DNA of 64,000 nt from NCBI GenBank assembly GCA_013335095.1, contig JAAXWF010000003.1, positions 69,960 to 133,959 on the forward strand, written 5' to 3'. The notes beneath the pieces are model-generated. The model saw only the letters and a program-made list of their open reading frames with translations, searched no databases and was not told where the DNA came from. This DNA comes from a candidate division WWE3 bacterium. Lineage in GTDB: Bacteria > Patescibacteriota > 4484-211 > GCA-002791395. Within the stretch, counting starts at the first letter, position 1, and each line of letters starts with the position of its first letter. The position numbers were made by a program, and so were the translations under genes. This document shows positions 40,209 to 49,871 of this stretch, in pieces.

Positions 40209-42558
40209 ACTAATACATTTGTTAATTTATTCAGTATTTATTAGTACGTGTATTTTATATATCTTTTGCCCAGCTCTAACCTATGCAGCGCCCACCGCAA
40301 CAAAACGAATCGGAACGTTAAATGGCACTAACTTTGTAGAAAAAAATACCTTTACAGTTGGGGAAAAGGCTACCTACGAATTAACAATTAATGGGCCAGC
40401 TAATTCCACCAGCAGTCGAAGAGTTCCGATGGACGTTATGTTTGTCGTTGATGATTCAGGTAGTACTACAATGGCGAATTGGCCCGGGGCATATTCGTAT
40501 GGTTCTCCAAAACCTCTGGTAATCGAGGTTGCTCAGTACGCCATGAAATCAATGCTTGATATGGCTGATCCAACTATTGATCGATTCGGACTGGTCTACT
40601 TCAAAATGGATGCTAAATTGACCCAACCATTAACAAATGATTTTAATTTACTAAAAAGCAAAATTGATGGTTTGCCGAGGACTGACGGTGGTTCTGATCT
40701 TGGGGAAGGTGCACTTACTGCATCTCAGCATCTCGTTGCTCAATCACGACCAGATGCGTCACGTAATGTTATTTTATTGAGTGATGGAGGGATTACCTGT
40801 TGTGCTCCTTGGACTATTGATCTACTGGATCCATCAGTCACTGATTATCAGATTAATAACGGAATTACTGGTCATAGTGTTGGGATGGGGGCTGGTACCA
40901 TTCAGGTTCCTAATAGTCGGTTTGATGATTATGTGTATACCTGTCCTATTGGCAATGTTCGCGTTCGAAGTGGAGAGGAGTATTTAAAATGTTATTCTCA
41001 AATGACGGGGGGCACGTATACGTATGGACCTGATCCTGATTCTTTTGTGGCGGCATTTCAGGCTATGGTGCAAATAATAAATGAGAATCTGTCGACATCG
41101 GTTGAAGATTATATAAATACAACACATTTTCAAAACCCACGGTTAGTTAGTGTTACTGATTTATATGGCAATACAACATCAGATACCGTAACTATTACGG
41201 GTAATCGTGTTTCAGCTGATTTTGGCAACCTCTCCAGTGGGGATGGGCGTAGAATTTATGTTGAAGCAGATGTTACAGCCGGTTCTACAGGTACTTCATG
41301 GAGCGTCACCGCCGATGCTCAACCAGATAATAGTAATTCGGTGAATTATACGGTTGATACCGGATCGATTCAATCGACAGCAATATTTAATAATCCGCTC
41401 ATTACGGTTCATTACCCGCTACCTGGATCAATAAGTGGACGTGTTTACCTTGATTTAAGTAATAACTGCTCATTAGAAAGCGGTGAAGCTGGTACCAATT
41501 CAGCTAGTCTTCGCCTTGATCAGTTACTACCAAGTTCATGTTCTCCTTCAACGCGAACTACAATACCTGATAGTAGTGGTAATTATACTTTTTCTAACCT
41601 AGACTGTTTTGAACCGAGCGGCGGCGCTACATATCGTCTATTTGTAACTTCAACTAATGCTGATTTCACCACAACAACATGTGGTAATTCATATACGATA
41701 AACCTAAGTCCAGGTGAGGATTATCAGATAAATCCTCCGCTATCCGTACTAAAAGATCCATGGTTCCAATTATCTGGAGGATCTGTGTACGCTCATGGGA
41801 TGATTAACTCTCCAATACCAAATTCGGCGATAGATAAATATATAATCTCTTCAAATGCAACTCTTAGTGCGGGTCATATTGCGACTGACTCGACAATCCA
41901 ACTTGATAATGGAGATATTTCATCGAAGCATTGGAGTACTGTCCCGTATTCTGAAACTATTGCCTCCACAATGATGCCTGACCAGGTTGTATCTATGTTA
42001 CAAAATTATATTGATGATCCCAATTACGATGGGTCTGCACCAAAGGCAGGGGATGCAACTGATGGTATCGCGGTGTATTCATCGAAAAGATCAACCCTGA
42101 CGTTATCTGGAAATTGGCAGCATATTAATTTCCCGGTAATAGTAATTATGGACAGCACTGCTGGCGGCATGGATGTACGTATTCCAAGTTCAATTACCCA
42201 GGGGCATATTAGTTTAAACCAAAAGGGATTTCTCATGATTATTGCTCGGGATATCTTTATCGATTCAGGTCTTGGTGAGGACGATAATAGTTCGACATCG
42301 CCAACCTTAGAGGGACTTTTTATTGCCCGACGTAATTTTGATGCGGGTGGGAGTGGAGATCCAGCCATCGACAAACGATTAAATATCAGTGGTTCTGTTA
42401 TTACCGGAACTGATAGCTTGGGTGGATATACGAGTCAACGCACTCATGAAGAAAATTATTTATATCCAGCCGATTATTTTGTATTTAATCCCAAACTACT
42501 GTTAAATTACCCATCGCAATTGATGCCGTCTCATTATAGTTGGAACGAAGTCCATTGA
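40201..42558 (+). CDS. large secreted surface protein: signal peptide, vWA domain, CnaB/SdrD-B-like domain, conserved C-terminal module
   Basis: Signal peptide MNKLIHLLIYSVFISTCILYIFCPALTYA. MIDAS DxSxS (VVDDSGS). Motif GRVYLDLSNNC…GEAG. About 380 C-terminal aa paralogous to 43116..45863. Confidence 0.6.
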   Translation: MNKLIHLLIYSVFISTCILYIFCPALTYAAPTATKRIGTLNGTNFVEKNTFTVGEKATYELTINGPANSTSSRRVPMDVMFVVDDSGSTTMANWPGAYSYGSPKPLVIEVAQYAMKSMLDMADPTIDRFGLVYFKMDAKLTQPLTNDFNLLKSKIDGLPRTDGGSDLGEGALTASQHLVAQSRPDASRNVILLSDGGITCCAPWTIDLLDPSVTDYQINNGITGHSVGMGAGTIQVPNSRFDDYVYTCPIGNVRVRSGEEYLKCYSQMTGGTYTYGPDPDSFVAAFQAMVQIINENLSTSVEDYINTTHFQNPRLVSVTDLYGNTTSDTVTITGNRVSADFGNLSSGDGRRIYVEADVTAGSTGTSWSVTADAQPDNSNSVNYTVDTGSIQSTAIFNNPLITVHYPLPGSISGRVYLDLSNNCSLESGEAGTNSASLRLDQLLPSSCSPSTRTTIPDSSGNYTFSNLDCFEPSGGATYRLFVTSTNADFTTTTCGNSYTINLSPGEDYQINPPLSVLKDPWFQLSGGSVYAHGMINSPIPNSAIDKYIISSNATLSAGHIATDSTIQLDNGDISSKHWSTVPYSETIASTMMPDQVVSMLQNYIDDPNYDGSAPKAGDATDGIAVYSSKRSTLTLSGNWQHINFPVIVIMDSTAGGMDVRIPSSITQGHISLNQKGFLMIIARDIFIDSGLGEDDNSSTSPTLEGLFIARRNFDAGGSGDPAIDKRLNISGSVITGTDSLGGYTSQRTHEENYLYPADYFVFNPKLLLNYPSQLMPSHYSWNEVH

Positions 42559-42621
42559 TACGATGAGGATAGAGGTTAAAGGTCGTTTCTATACTGTTAT
42601 TTTATGTTTTGATGTTCTATT

Positions 42622-43122
42622 ATGATAGAAGATATGTTTCGAAACATAACACTTGGATGGAAAAAAGTGCTTGCAATAAGTATTATTGCTGTTTTTATTG
42701 GTGTTTCAGGATATGGCCTCGTAACCTATTTATCACATGAAACTTCAAGGACTATTCAGTTAGACGATGGACAACAGTTACTTGCGGTTCTTCAACATCA
42801 AGCGGTTCCACTCGAATCGACATCAATTGAAAGCGCTGGACTCTTATACTTAATTAGTGGGGTAGTTAATGATGTAACTCCGGCTTACAATGCTAATCAA
42901 CAGGGGATTTCGTTTCACCTTATTGATGGCCAGGGTAATCTCTTACCACCACAATTTATGTTATATGACAGCTCTACATCTATCGTTCATCTCGATAGTC
43001 AGGGAGAAAGCCAAGCCTCGATTAAAGATATTCGTCAAGGTGATGCCGTTAAGGTAAATTATTACGTTGATTTAAAGTCTGGCGAATCGTTGGTTACCAA
43101 AATAGCATTGCTTACATGGTAA
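42622..43122 (+). CDS. hypothetical membrane-anchored protein
   Basis: One TM helix near the N-terminus. Lies between the two giant paralogs. Confidence 0.35.
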   Translation: MIEDMFRNITLGWKKVLAISIIAVFIGVSGYGLVTYLSHETSRTIQLDDGQQLLAVLQHQAVPLESTSIESAGLLYLISGVVNDVTPAYNANQQGISFHLIDGQGNLLPPQFMLYDSSTSIVHLDSQGESQASIKDIRQGDAVKVNYYVDLKSGESLVTKIALLTW

Positions 43123-45863
43123 AGCTCAAGTATTTTCTCCTCCTGTTTTTAATATTAACTCCGATGTTTTTATCTTCGTTTTCTCGTGTAGCCTCTGCTG
43201 CATGTGTTTGTTCTGGCGCGTTTGGGGCATGTTCCTGTTCGAGTTCAGGCTGCAATGGCATACAGGTATGCAATGGAACTGACAATATAACTGGAGCATC
43301 ATGTGTTCTCTCCCAGAGTTGTAATTTACCACCAAATACAAATAGTTGTGATTGTAGTGGTGTTAAATGTAATGGGAGTGGGGAATGTTGGAATTACAGT
43401 AACACGTCATGTACATATCCCAGTCAGTGTACCGGGGCATTGGGGGGGGGGACTGGGTGTCATTATTGCCAGACTCCGCTTGTTACTGCAACACCAGTAC
43501 CAACAACGCCTCCATTATCTGGTTCATGCGGTGGTGGTTGTGGCTTTTGTGAATGGCGTGGTAGTGATGGAGCCTGTCATGGCGGAGCCCGTCCTGGTGG
43601 TGGATGGTGCTGTCATCGTTCTTGTGTAAATGGTACATGCGCAACAGTCGATGGATCTGGTTCCGATTCTTGTGCGTCTAATGGTTCTACATGTGCTATG
43701 CCAACTCCTGGTCCTGGTGTTTGTGTTAATGGTGCTTCATGTAGCTGCTCTGGCGCAAGTGCCGGTCATTGTTCACAGTGTGGTGGCAGTTGGTGCAATG
43801 GTGGCCATTGTAGTTGTGGAGGGAGTGGTGGGTGCTCGACCCAACTGACCTGTTCTAATTTTACTGCAACTGGGCCAAGTGGTACGGTTATTCATGCGAT
43901 ATCACAAGATGATCATAATAAAGGCTATGCAGTCCCTGAATTAATAGTTCGACCAAATGATAATATTCGGTTCTATAACGATATATTTCCAGATGAGCCG
44001 TACGGTATGCGTGGTGAATATAATTGGGGCGATGGTACATCATGTCGTGAATGGTTAGTCGGTAATCATTCATCGCCGCGCGCGGTTTACTTCTGTAATG
44101 CCGGGAAGCTCAATAATGCCTGGTATAACGATGCTAATCTGCCCAACGTTACGATTGCTCCCAAACCGTACCCGTGGTGTGATGAAGACCTTTGGGACTC
44201 CGGCGACTGCGACTGTACTGCTGATGGGCGTACGATGATGTGCTTAATGCATGCCGACGATGGCGTCGCATATCGACGATATGCAGCATCTGGAGTCTAT
44301 TCCGTTGCTTTACGTGCTCAAACAGCATGTGTTTGGGATGATAATAATTCAAATCCGTGTTTATTGAAAATTCGTGTGCAAGCACCTCCAACGATTCCAA
44401 CTGGTCTACAAGTTGTATGTAATAATGGTAGTGGAAACGCTACATTCTCGTGGAACGCATCAACGAACACTGCTCGATATGTATTACGTATAAATAAAGA
44501 ACCAGCCGCCGACTGGGCAAATGTTGCTGCCGGTGATCAGTACATTGAAACCTCGGCAACTTCATATACGACTAATATAACTTTCGGCGATTCATATGCA
44601 TGGTGGAGTGTGCAGCCTGTGGCTGTCGGCGAAATGTATCCGTATTCTTCGACCGCGGCATATAGTGGTGCTTTCGCGTGTCCGAATGTGACACCAACCC
44701 CGCTACCTACCTTAACACCTGTTCCTGCCCAAGTCGGGGGTAATGTTTTCCTTGATATAAGTAATAATTGTATGAAGGATTCGGGTGAACCGGGTTCATC
44801 GGATGCAACGCTTCGATTAGAGCGCCTACTTCCTGGTTCTTGCCCAGCTTATTCACAGAATCAAAATCCAACTGCAAGTGGTACGTATTCATTTACTAAT
44901 TTAAATTGTTTTGATGCCGCTGCGAGTTCGACATACCGATTGCGAGCCAGTACTGCAAATGCTAATTATGAACTACGATGTGGCAATGACCTCAACTTAA
45001 ATGTTATTGGTGGCGCAAATGTTCAGCGCGATTTTGGCTTAACTATCTTACGGGATCCTTGGTTTCAGGCATATAGTGGTGCGATATATGCTGATGGTTC
45101 GATTGACTCAAAGATTCCTGCATCAGCAATAAATCCTCGGTTAGTATATTCTGATATTGTTCATTCTCCAGAGGTTGTGTCTGGGGGCACTATTAATACA
45201 AACAGCGGAACCGTATCATCGACGAATTGGAAGATTTCAAGTTACGCATCTGAGGCTGAATTGCCCGTGAGTATGACGCAAATTATTAAGACATTAACGG
45301 GAAAGGTTGACCGAAATAATTGGAATGGTGCTCCCCCAGTGGCTAGTGATGCGACCGATGGTATCGCCGTATACTATAACAAGGCGGATAATGTGACACT
45401 AAATGGAAATTGGCAGAACATCAATTTTCCTGCAGTTGTTATGGTCGAAGGGACCTCTGCTACTAATGGAAATATTACAATTCCAAATACGATTGTTGGT
45501 CAACGAATTACGCTTGGAGCAAATGGCTTTTTGATGGTTCTTGCGTACAACGATATATTAGTGTCATCTTCGATTGGAGAAATGTTCAATATGTCTAGTA
45601 CTCCAGATTTAGAAGGTCTCTTTATCGCCGGGCGTAATGTGAATGTCGGCGGGACGAATGACCGTCTTGTTGATAAACGTATTAATATCTCCGGTAATGT
45701 TATTACCGGCACTCGGGTTGCGGGTACGTACATCTCAAGGCGTAGTCATGAAGATAACCATCTTTATCCTTCTGACTATTTTATTTACAATCCTAAGTTA
45801 ATACTCAATATCCCACGCATCTTGTCTGATCCCGCATATGAATGGGGCGAACAACTAAAGTAG
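43116..45863 (+). CDS. large secreted cysteine-rich surface protein with FN3-like middle region and the same CnaB-like + C-terminal module as 40201..42558
   Basis: Signal peptide; about 250 aa with >40 Cys. C-terminal region alignable to the vWA paralog (…DPWFQ…SGG.VYA.G.I.S.IP.SAI…ISG.VITGT…YNPKL.LN.P). Confidence 0.6.
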   Translation: MVKLKYFLLLFLILTPMFLSSFSRVASAACVCSGAFGACSCSSSGCNGIQVCNGTDNITGASCVLSQSCNLPPNTNSCDCSGVKCNGSGECWNYSNTSCTYPSQCTGALGGGTGCHYCQTPLVTATPVPTTPPLSGSCGGGCGFCEWRGSDGACHGGARPGGGWCCHRSCVNGTCATVDGSGSDSCASNGSTCAMPTPGPGVCVNGASCSCSGASAGHCSQCGGSWCNGGHCSCGGSGGCSTQLTCSNFTATGPSGTVIHAISQDDHNKGYAVPELIVRPNDNIRFYNDIFPDEPYGMRGEYNWGDGTSCREWLVGNHSSPRAVYFCNAGKLNNAWYNDANLPNVTIAPKPYPWCDEDLWDSGDCDCTADGRTMMCLMHADDGVAYRRYAASGVYSVALRAQTACVWDDNNSNPCLLKIRVQAPPTIPTGLQVVCNNGSGNATFSWNASTNTARYVLRINKEPAADWANVAAGDQYIETSATSYTTNITFGDSYAWWSVQPVAVGEMYPYSSTAAYSGAFACPNVTPTPLPTLTPVPAQVGGNVFLDISNNCMKDSGEPGSSDATLRLERLLPGSCPAYSQNQNPTASGTYSFTNLNCFDAAASSTYRLRASTANANYELRCGNDLNLNVIGGANVQRDFGLTILRDPWFQAYSGAIYADGSIDSKIPASAINPRLVYSDIVHSPEVVSGGTINTNSGTVSSTNWKISSYASEAELPVSMTQIIKTLTGKVDRNNWNGAPPVASDATDGIAVYYNKADNVTLNGNWQNINFPAVVMVEGTSATNGNITIPNTIVGQRITLGANGFLMVLAYNDILVSSSIGEMFNMSSTPDLEGLFIAGRNVNVGGTNDRLVDKRINISGNVITGTRVAGTYISRRSHEDNHLYPSDYFIYNPKLILNIPRILSDPAYEWGEQLK
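43442..43451 (+). repeat. G10 homopolymer tract inside the coding sequence (encodes GGG)
   Basis: ttg-ggggggggg-gact read directly. Sits about 110 codons into the gene. Confidence 0.85.
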
Positions 45864-45901
45864 TTTTTGTAGAATCTAATCTGAAAGATACGTAAGAGTT
45901 T

Positions 45902-47182
45902 TTAGGAATCTAATCCAGGGACAGGGTAGGTTAGTGCAAAGTCACGTACTTGAGTTTTTAATTCTTCAAGCATTTTTTCATCTTCACGGTTCATTATTGC
46001 TAGATGCATCCAATTCGCAATCTTTGTCATTTCATCCTTTTTTATTCCTCGTGATGTTATTGCTGGTGTACCGATTCTAATTCCAGATGGATTCCATGGT
46101 TTCGCGCTATCATTCGGAACGGTGTTTTTATTGACGATAATGTTGGCTTTTTCTAATGCTACGGCTGCGTCAGTTCCGGTAATATCAAGATTACGAAGAT
46201 CGATGAGAACGAGATGCTTATCCGTGCCACCGGTGCATACATCATAACCTCGATCAACTAATTCTTGTGCCAGCGATTGAGCGTTTTCTACAATCTGTTT
46301 GGTATATTCCTTAAATTCAGGTTGTGCAGCTTGTTTTAACGCTACTGCAATACCTGCGATGCTATGGTTCATTGGTCCACCTTGCAAGCCCGGGAATACC
46401 GATGAATTTATCGCTTCAATATATTCTTTTTTGGCAAATATCATCGCGCCAATCGGTCCGCGTAATGTTTTGCGCGTTGTCATGGTGACAATATCTGCAT
46501 ACGGAAACGGTGATTTATTTGCTCCGCCAGCAATAAGTCCTGCTTCATGGGCCACATCTGCCATATAGAGTGCACCCACCTTATCGGCGATTTCTTTCAT
46601 TCTTTTGTAATCGATTTCACGTGGATACGCAGTTCCACCGGAAATTATTATTTTGGGTTTATGCTCAAGAGCAATTTTTTCGACTTCGTCATAATTAAAC
46701 CATCGCGTTTGTGGATCAACATAATAATAGACGGGGTGGTACACCTTGCTCGTCATGCTTACTGGTTTACCGTTCGGGAGCTTCCAACCATGGGATAAAT
46801 GTCCGCCATCATATAGAAACATCGACATAATTGTATCGCCGGGCTGAAGGAGTGCATTATATACCGACAAATTGGCTACACTTCCGGTAACTGCTTGGAC
46901 ATTAACCCCCCATAATTCCGGATCTAAATTAAATACGCCGAGTGCTCGTTTTTTAGTTAAGTCTTCAATATAGTCAATAAATTCATTCCCCTGGTAGTAT
47001 CGTTTGAATGCTTGGCCTTCAGAGTATTTATTCATTAATGGGCTACCAACGGCTTCACGTACCGCTAAGCTTACATAGTTTTCCGAAGGGATCATTTCAA
47101 GTTGTTCTCGTTGACGGTGTTCTTCGCTTTCGATCAGCGTATAAAGCTCTTGATCTTCATTTATGAGATTTTCGTAGGCCAT
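45902..47182 (-). CDS. glyA: serine hydroxymethyltransferase
   Basis: Full-length SHMT with PLP-lysine region (…TTRKTLRGP…). Confidence 0.9.
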   Translation of the reverse strand: MAYENLINEDQELYTLIESEEHRQREQLEMIPSENYVSLAVREAVGSPLMNKYSEGQAFKRYYQGNEFIDYIEDLTKKRALGVFNLDPELWGVNVQAVTGSVANLSVYNALLQPGDTIMSMFLYDGGHLSHGWKLPNGKPVSMTSKVYHPVYYYVDPQTRWFNYDEVEKIALEHKPKIIISGGTAYPREIDYKRMKEIADKVGALYMADVAHEAGLIAGGANKSPFPYADIVTMTTRKTLRGPIGAMIFAKKEYIEAINSSVFPGLQGGPMNHSIAGIAVALKQAAQPEFKEYTKQIVENAQSLAQELVDRGYDVCTGGTDKHLVLIDLRNLDITGTDAAVALEKANIIVNKNTVPNDSAKPWNPSGIRIGTPAITSRGIKKDEMTKIANWMHLAIMNREDEKMLEELKTQVRDFALTYPVPGLDS

Positions 47183-47286
47183 GTCATATTATAGTCATCC
47201 CGCCAACTATTATTCAATAAGTTTCGTGTGGTACTATTGTGAGCACCTTATTATGAGGTCTGTGTATCGTTTGAAGGAGGGTAGGT

Positions 47287-48210
47287 ATGCGGTATTTACC
47301 GTACTCACAGCGGAGGCCGGATCGGCAGTATAGTCAGCTTCTGGTCGAGATCCTTAATTCAGGTCTTTGGTCGCCCGCACAACAAGGTGGCCGGACAAGA
47401 AGTCGGTTGGGCTGCCAGATGCGGTTTCCATTATCGAACGGATTTCCGATTGTGACCGTCAGGGATCTGGCTACTCCATTTAAGAGTGGCCGCTCAATCC
47501 TTGGGCAGGCGCTGGGCGAACTGTGCGGGTTTCTTAATGGTGCTCGTACCCAAGAAGAGCTGGAGCAATTCGGCTGCTATTGGTGGGCACCATGGGTAAC
47601 CGAAGCAAAATGTGCCAAGCGTGGACTTGAGGAAGGGGATCTTGGACCAGGCTCATATGGGCCAGTCTGGACGGCATTTCCAACGCCTGATGGTAGCACC
47701 TTTAATCAGTTTGATGCGATGGTTCAGCAGATGATTGAACTCCCGCATCTTAAAACTCACCAGGTTGTACCGTGGTTTCCGCCGTACAATTTTCGTGGTG
47801 ACGGTGTTTTACAGCAGGTCGTTGTTGTGCCGTGTCATGGATGGGTGAATGTCGCTGTATATCCAGAACTCGGTGAATTCGACCTAGTCCACGTACAGCG
47901 GAGTGCTGATGTACCGGTTGGGCTGGTGGCGAATATGATTCAGTACGCTGCCCTCATGCTTATGCTTGAGGTGCTTACGGGATATCATCCACGTGAGCTG
48001 GTGTATATGATCGTGAACGCCCATGTGTTCGAATCGCAGCTGGTGGCTGTCGATAAGATCCTTGGGGTGGAGCCTGTCGAATTTCCTACAGTGACCATCG
48101 CCGAGCATGCCCAAGCACATTCAAGTGTTCGGGATTTTCGTGCCGGTGATTTTATTGTTTCCGATTATCATCCGGTTCTTCCGGTGATGCGGATTCCAAC
48201 ACCGGTATAA
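47287..48210 (+). CDS. thyA: thymidylate synthase ThyA-family (divergent; see findings)
   Basis: PCH active-site motif (VVVPCHGWV). GPVW…PTPDG, QRSADV…N…Y and C-terminal H..FE blocks alignable to ThyA. SD aaggaggg. Confidence 0.7.
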   Translation: MRYLPYSQRRPDRQYSQLLVEILNSGLWSPAQQGGRTRSRLGCQMRFPLSNGFPIVTVRDLATPFKSGRSILGQALGELCGFLNGARTQEELEQFGCYWWAPWVTEAKCAKRGLEEGDLGPGSYGPVWTAFPTPDGSTFNQFDAMVQQMIELPHLKTHQVVPWFPPYNFRGDGVLQQVVVVPCHGWVNVAVYPELGEFDLVHVQRSADVPVGLVANMIQYAALMLMLEVLTGYHPRELVYMIVNAHVFESQLVAVDKILGVEPVEFPTVTIAEHAQAHSSVRDFRAGDFIVSDYHPVLPVMRIPTPV

Positions 48211-48219
48211 GGAGGCGCT

Positions 48220-48753
48220 GTGGAACCGAACTCTTCTCGGCTGAAGGTCTCAATTATCGCCGCGGTTAGCGACCATGGTTGTATCGGTTTACGCGGGGCT
48301 CTGCCATGGGATCTTCATACCGATCTCCGGCGGTTCGCGCGGATAACCGCAGGTCAGCCGGTAATTATGGGGCGTTCGACTTGGGAATCTATCGTCGCGA
48401 TGCGGGGAGGGGCTCTCCCTGGTCGGACGAATATTGTTCTGACCAGTCAAGTTCCGTATCGTGTTCCGGATGATGTGATCGTAGTGAATTCGCTTCACCG
48501 CGCGTTACTCATCGTGCCGGGTGATAGTGTGTTTGTGATCGGCGGAGCATCTTTATATGCACCGGCCCTGCCTCTGGCGACATCGTTGCATATTACCTGG
48601 GTACATGCACGAATTGTTGGCGATCGCCACTTTCCTGCGTTTAATCCAGCGAACTGGGATGTCGTGACGACTGAAGAGGTCTCAATCGGCCCGCAGGATC
48701 AGTACGCATCAACGTACACACTGTATAAACGGAGGGTTCATGGATCAGAGTAG
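48220..48753 (+). CDS. folA: dihydrofolate reductase
   Basis: VSIIAAVSDHGCIGLRGALPWDLHTDLRRFARIT is the DHFR N-terminal signature. Confidence 0.8.
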   Translation: MEPNSSRLKVSIIAAVSDHGCIGLRGALPWDLHTDLRRFARITAGQPVIMGRSTWESIVAMRGGALPGRTNIVLTSQVPYRVPDDVIVVNSLHRALLIVPGDSVFVIGGASLYAPALPLATSLHITWVHARIVGDRHFPAFNPANWDVVTTEEVSIGPQDQYASTYTLYKRRVHGSE

Positions 48754-49177
48754 TCAGCCCTTCGTTGTGCTTGAGCATGCACGCTCGGCAGATCAGCTGC
48801 TGGTCATGCAACAGATCACTGCGGATGGGGTGTGCCCATTTTGTATGGAGCATCTGTTCTCTTACCATGATCAACCGATCTTGTGGGGGGGCATATCGTG
48901 GATCATTACCCCTAGCCGTTGGCCGTATGCTGGAACGAGGTTGCACCTTTTGGCGATTTCTATCCAGCACGTAGAACATCTATCCGATGTCACCCCGTCG
49001 GCGGCGATGGATCTATGGCAAGGCTTAAGTTGGGTCGAGCAGAACTTTACGCTTGCGGGGGGAGCGATTGGTCTGCGTTTTGGTGATCCTACCTTAAATG
49101 GTGGGAGTGTTCGACACCTACATGCTCATATCATTGTGGCGGACGGGCAGCAGCCCGTTCGTTTCAAGATGGGTTGA
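48740..49177 (+). CDS. HIT-family (histidine triad) nucleotide hydrolase/transferase with CxxC
   Basis: HLHAHII histidine triad. Confidence 0.7.
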   Translation: MDQSSQPFVVLEHARSADQLLVMQQITADGVCPFCMEHLFSYHDQPILWGGISWIITPSRWPYAGTRLHLLAISIQHVEHLSDVTPSAAMDLWQGLSWVEQNFTLAGGAIGLRFGDPTLNGGSVRHLHAHIIVADGQQPVRFKMG

Positions 49178-49191
49178 TGTAGGTAACGTAT

Positions 49192-49226
49192 ATGCCTCGG
49201 TCGTAATTGATCGAGGCATTTTTATT
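49192..49226 (+). terminator. rho-independent terminator of the thyA-folA-HIT operon
   Basis: atgcctcg…cgaggcat stem followed by TTTTATT. Confidence 0.6.
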
Positions 49227-49231
49227 ATAGG

Positions 49232-49260
49232 TTGACGATGGTGTTTGTTGTATATATAAT
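49232..49260 (+). promoter_or_regulatory. consensus sigma70 promoter TTGACG-N17-TATAAT driving a noncoding transcript
   Basis: -35 at 49232-49237, -10 at 49255-49260. No ORF of 60 aa or more lies downstream before the terminator at 49872. Confidence 0.55.
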
Positions 49261-49295
49261 ATGTAACATTCTACGTGTGAGGCGCACCGGAAAGA

Positions 49296-49375
49296 CTGTG
49301 AACTGGATCAACCCCGTTTTCCATAGGGGTTGGCGGTTTGGGCTCGAAAGAGCTAGAGGCTGAAGAAGCCCACAG
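49296..49375 (+). repeat. structured repeat module A (P1 ctgtg/cacag; hairpin aacccc…ggggtt; GNRA-capped hairpin gctcGAAAgagc)
   Basis: Read directly. About 90% identical to C and about 85% to B. Confidence 0.8.
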
Positions 49376-49436
49376 TCGCCCTGCCGTGGGGTTATTCACG
49401 GCTGCGGAGGACTTTGTCCTCCAAAAATCCTAAATT

Positions 49437-49513
49437 CTGTGAACTGGATCGATCCCGTTTTGAGGGGTCGGCGGTTTGGGCTCGAAAGAGCTAGTGGCTG
49501 AAGAAGCCCACAG
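49437..49513 (+). repeat. structured repeat module B
   Basis: Hairpin 1 changed to gatccc…ggggtc. Pairing is preserved (A-U to G-C plus a G-U), i.e. a compensatory change. Confidence 0.8.
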
Positions 49514-49548
49514 AGTTTAGGATCTCGGCATCCGTTCATGATGGATGA

Positions 49549-49628
49549 CTGTGAACTGGATCAACCCCATTTTCCATAGGGGTTGGCGGTTCGGGCTCGG
49601 AAGAGCTATAGGCTGAAGAAGCCCACAG
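49549..49628 (+). repeat. structured repeat module C
   Basis: Tetraloop variant gctcGGAAgagc. Otherwise as module A. Confidence 0.8.
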
Positions 49629-49871
49629 TTATTCATCATGGATGTGTTGCCATGGAGAGCCTGCGGCGTTATCCGTAGGTCTACCCTCTCCATTACTCGC
49701 CCTCAATCGAGGGCTGCGGGGAAATTTCCCTGCGCGCACCGGTAGAGTGCGCTACATCACCCGGGGTGGATTGCTTGGCAACACCCCTTTCCAGCAAGGC
49801 TGGATCTGATCAATTTAACGCTGCTACTTAAATTTTTCGCAGCAATTTTGATCGATCTCGTCTTGCGATAT

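Noticed and set aside
43303-43848. Plus-strand ORFs 43303..43629 and 43630..43848 and other short ORFs nested in large genes (e.g. 925..1200-, 21168..21371+, 37164..37352+)
   Set aside because: Alternative-frame or antisense ORFs inside strongly supported genes, with biased low-complexity translations. Typical spurious calls.
45864-45901. Direct repeat gtagaatctaatc / aggaatctaatc between convergent genes as a terminator or binding site
   Set aside because: No stable hairpin or U-run. Too short to interpret.
49296-49375. tRNA-like or tRNA-derived reading of the 80-nt module
   Set aside because: No acceptable acceptor stem (5/7 pairs), no 7-nt T-loop consensus, no anticodon arm geometry. The closing stem is only 5 bp.
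49296-49628. Could the three tandem repeats be a CRISPR array?
   Set aside because: Repeat units are 77-80 nt (far longer than CRISPR repeats). Spacers are unequal (61 and 35 nt). Only three units, and no cas genes anywhere in the window.
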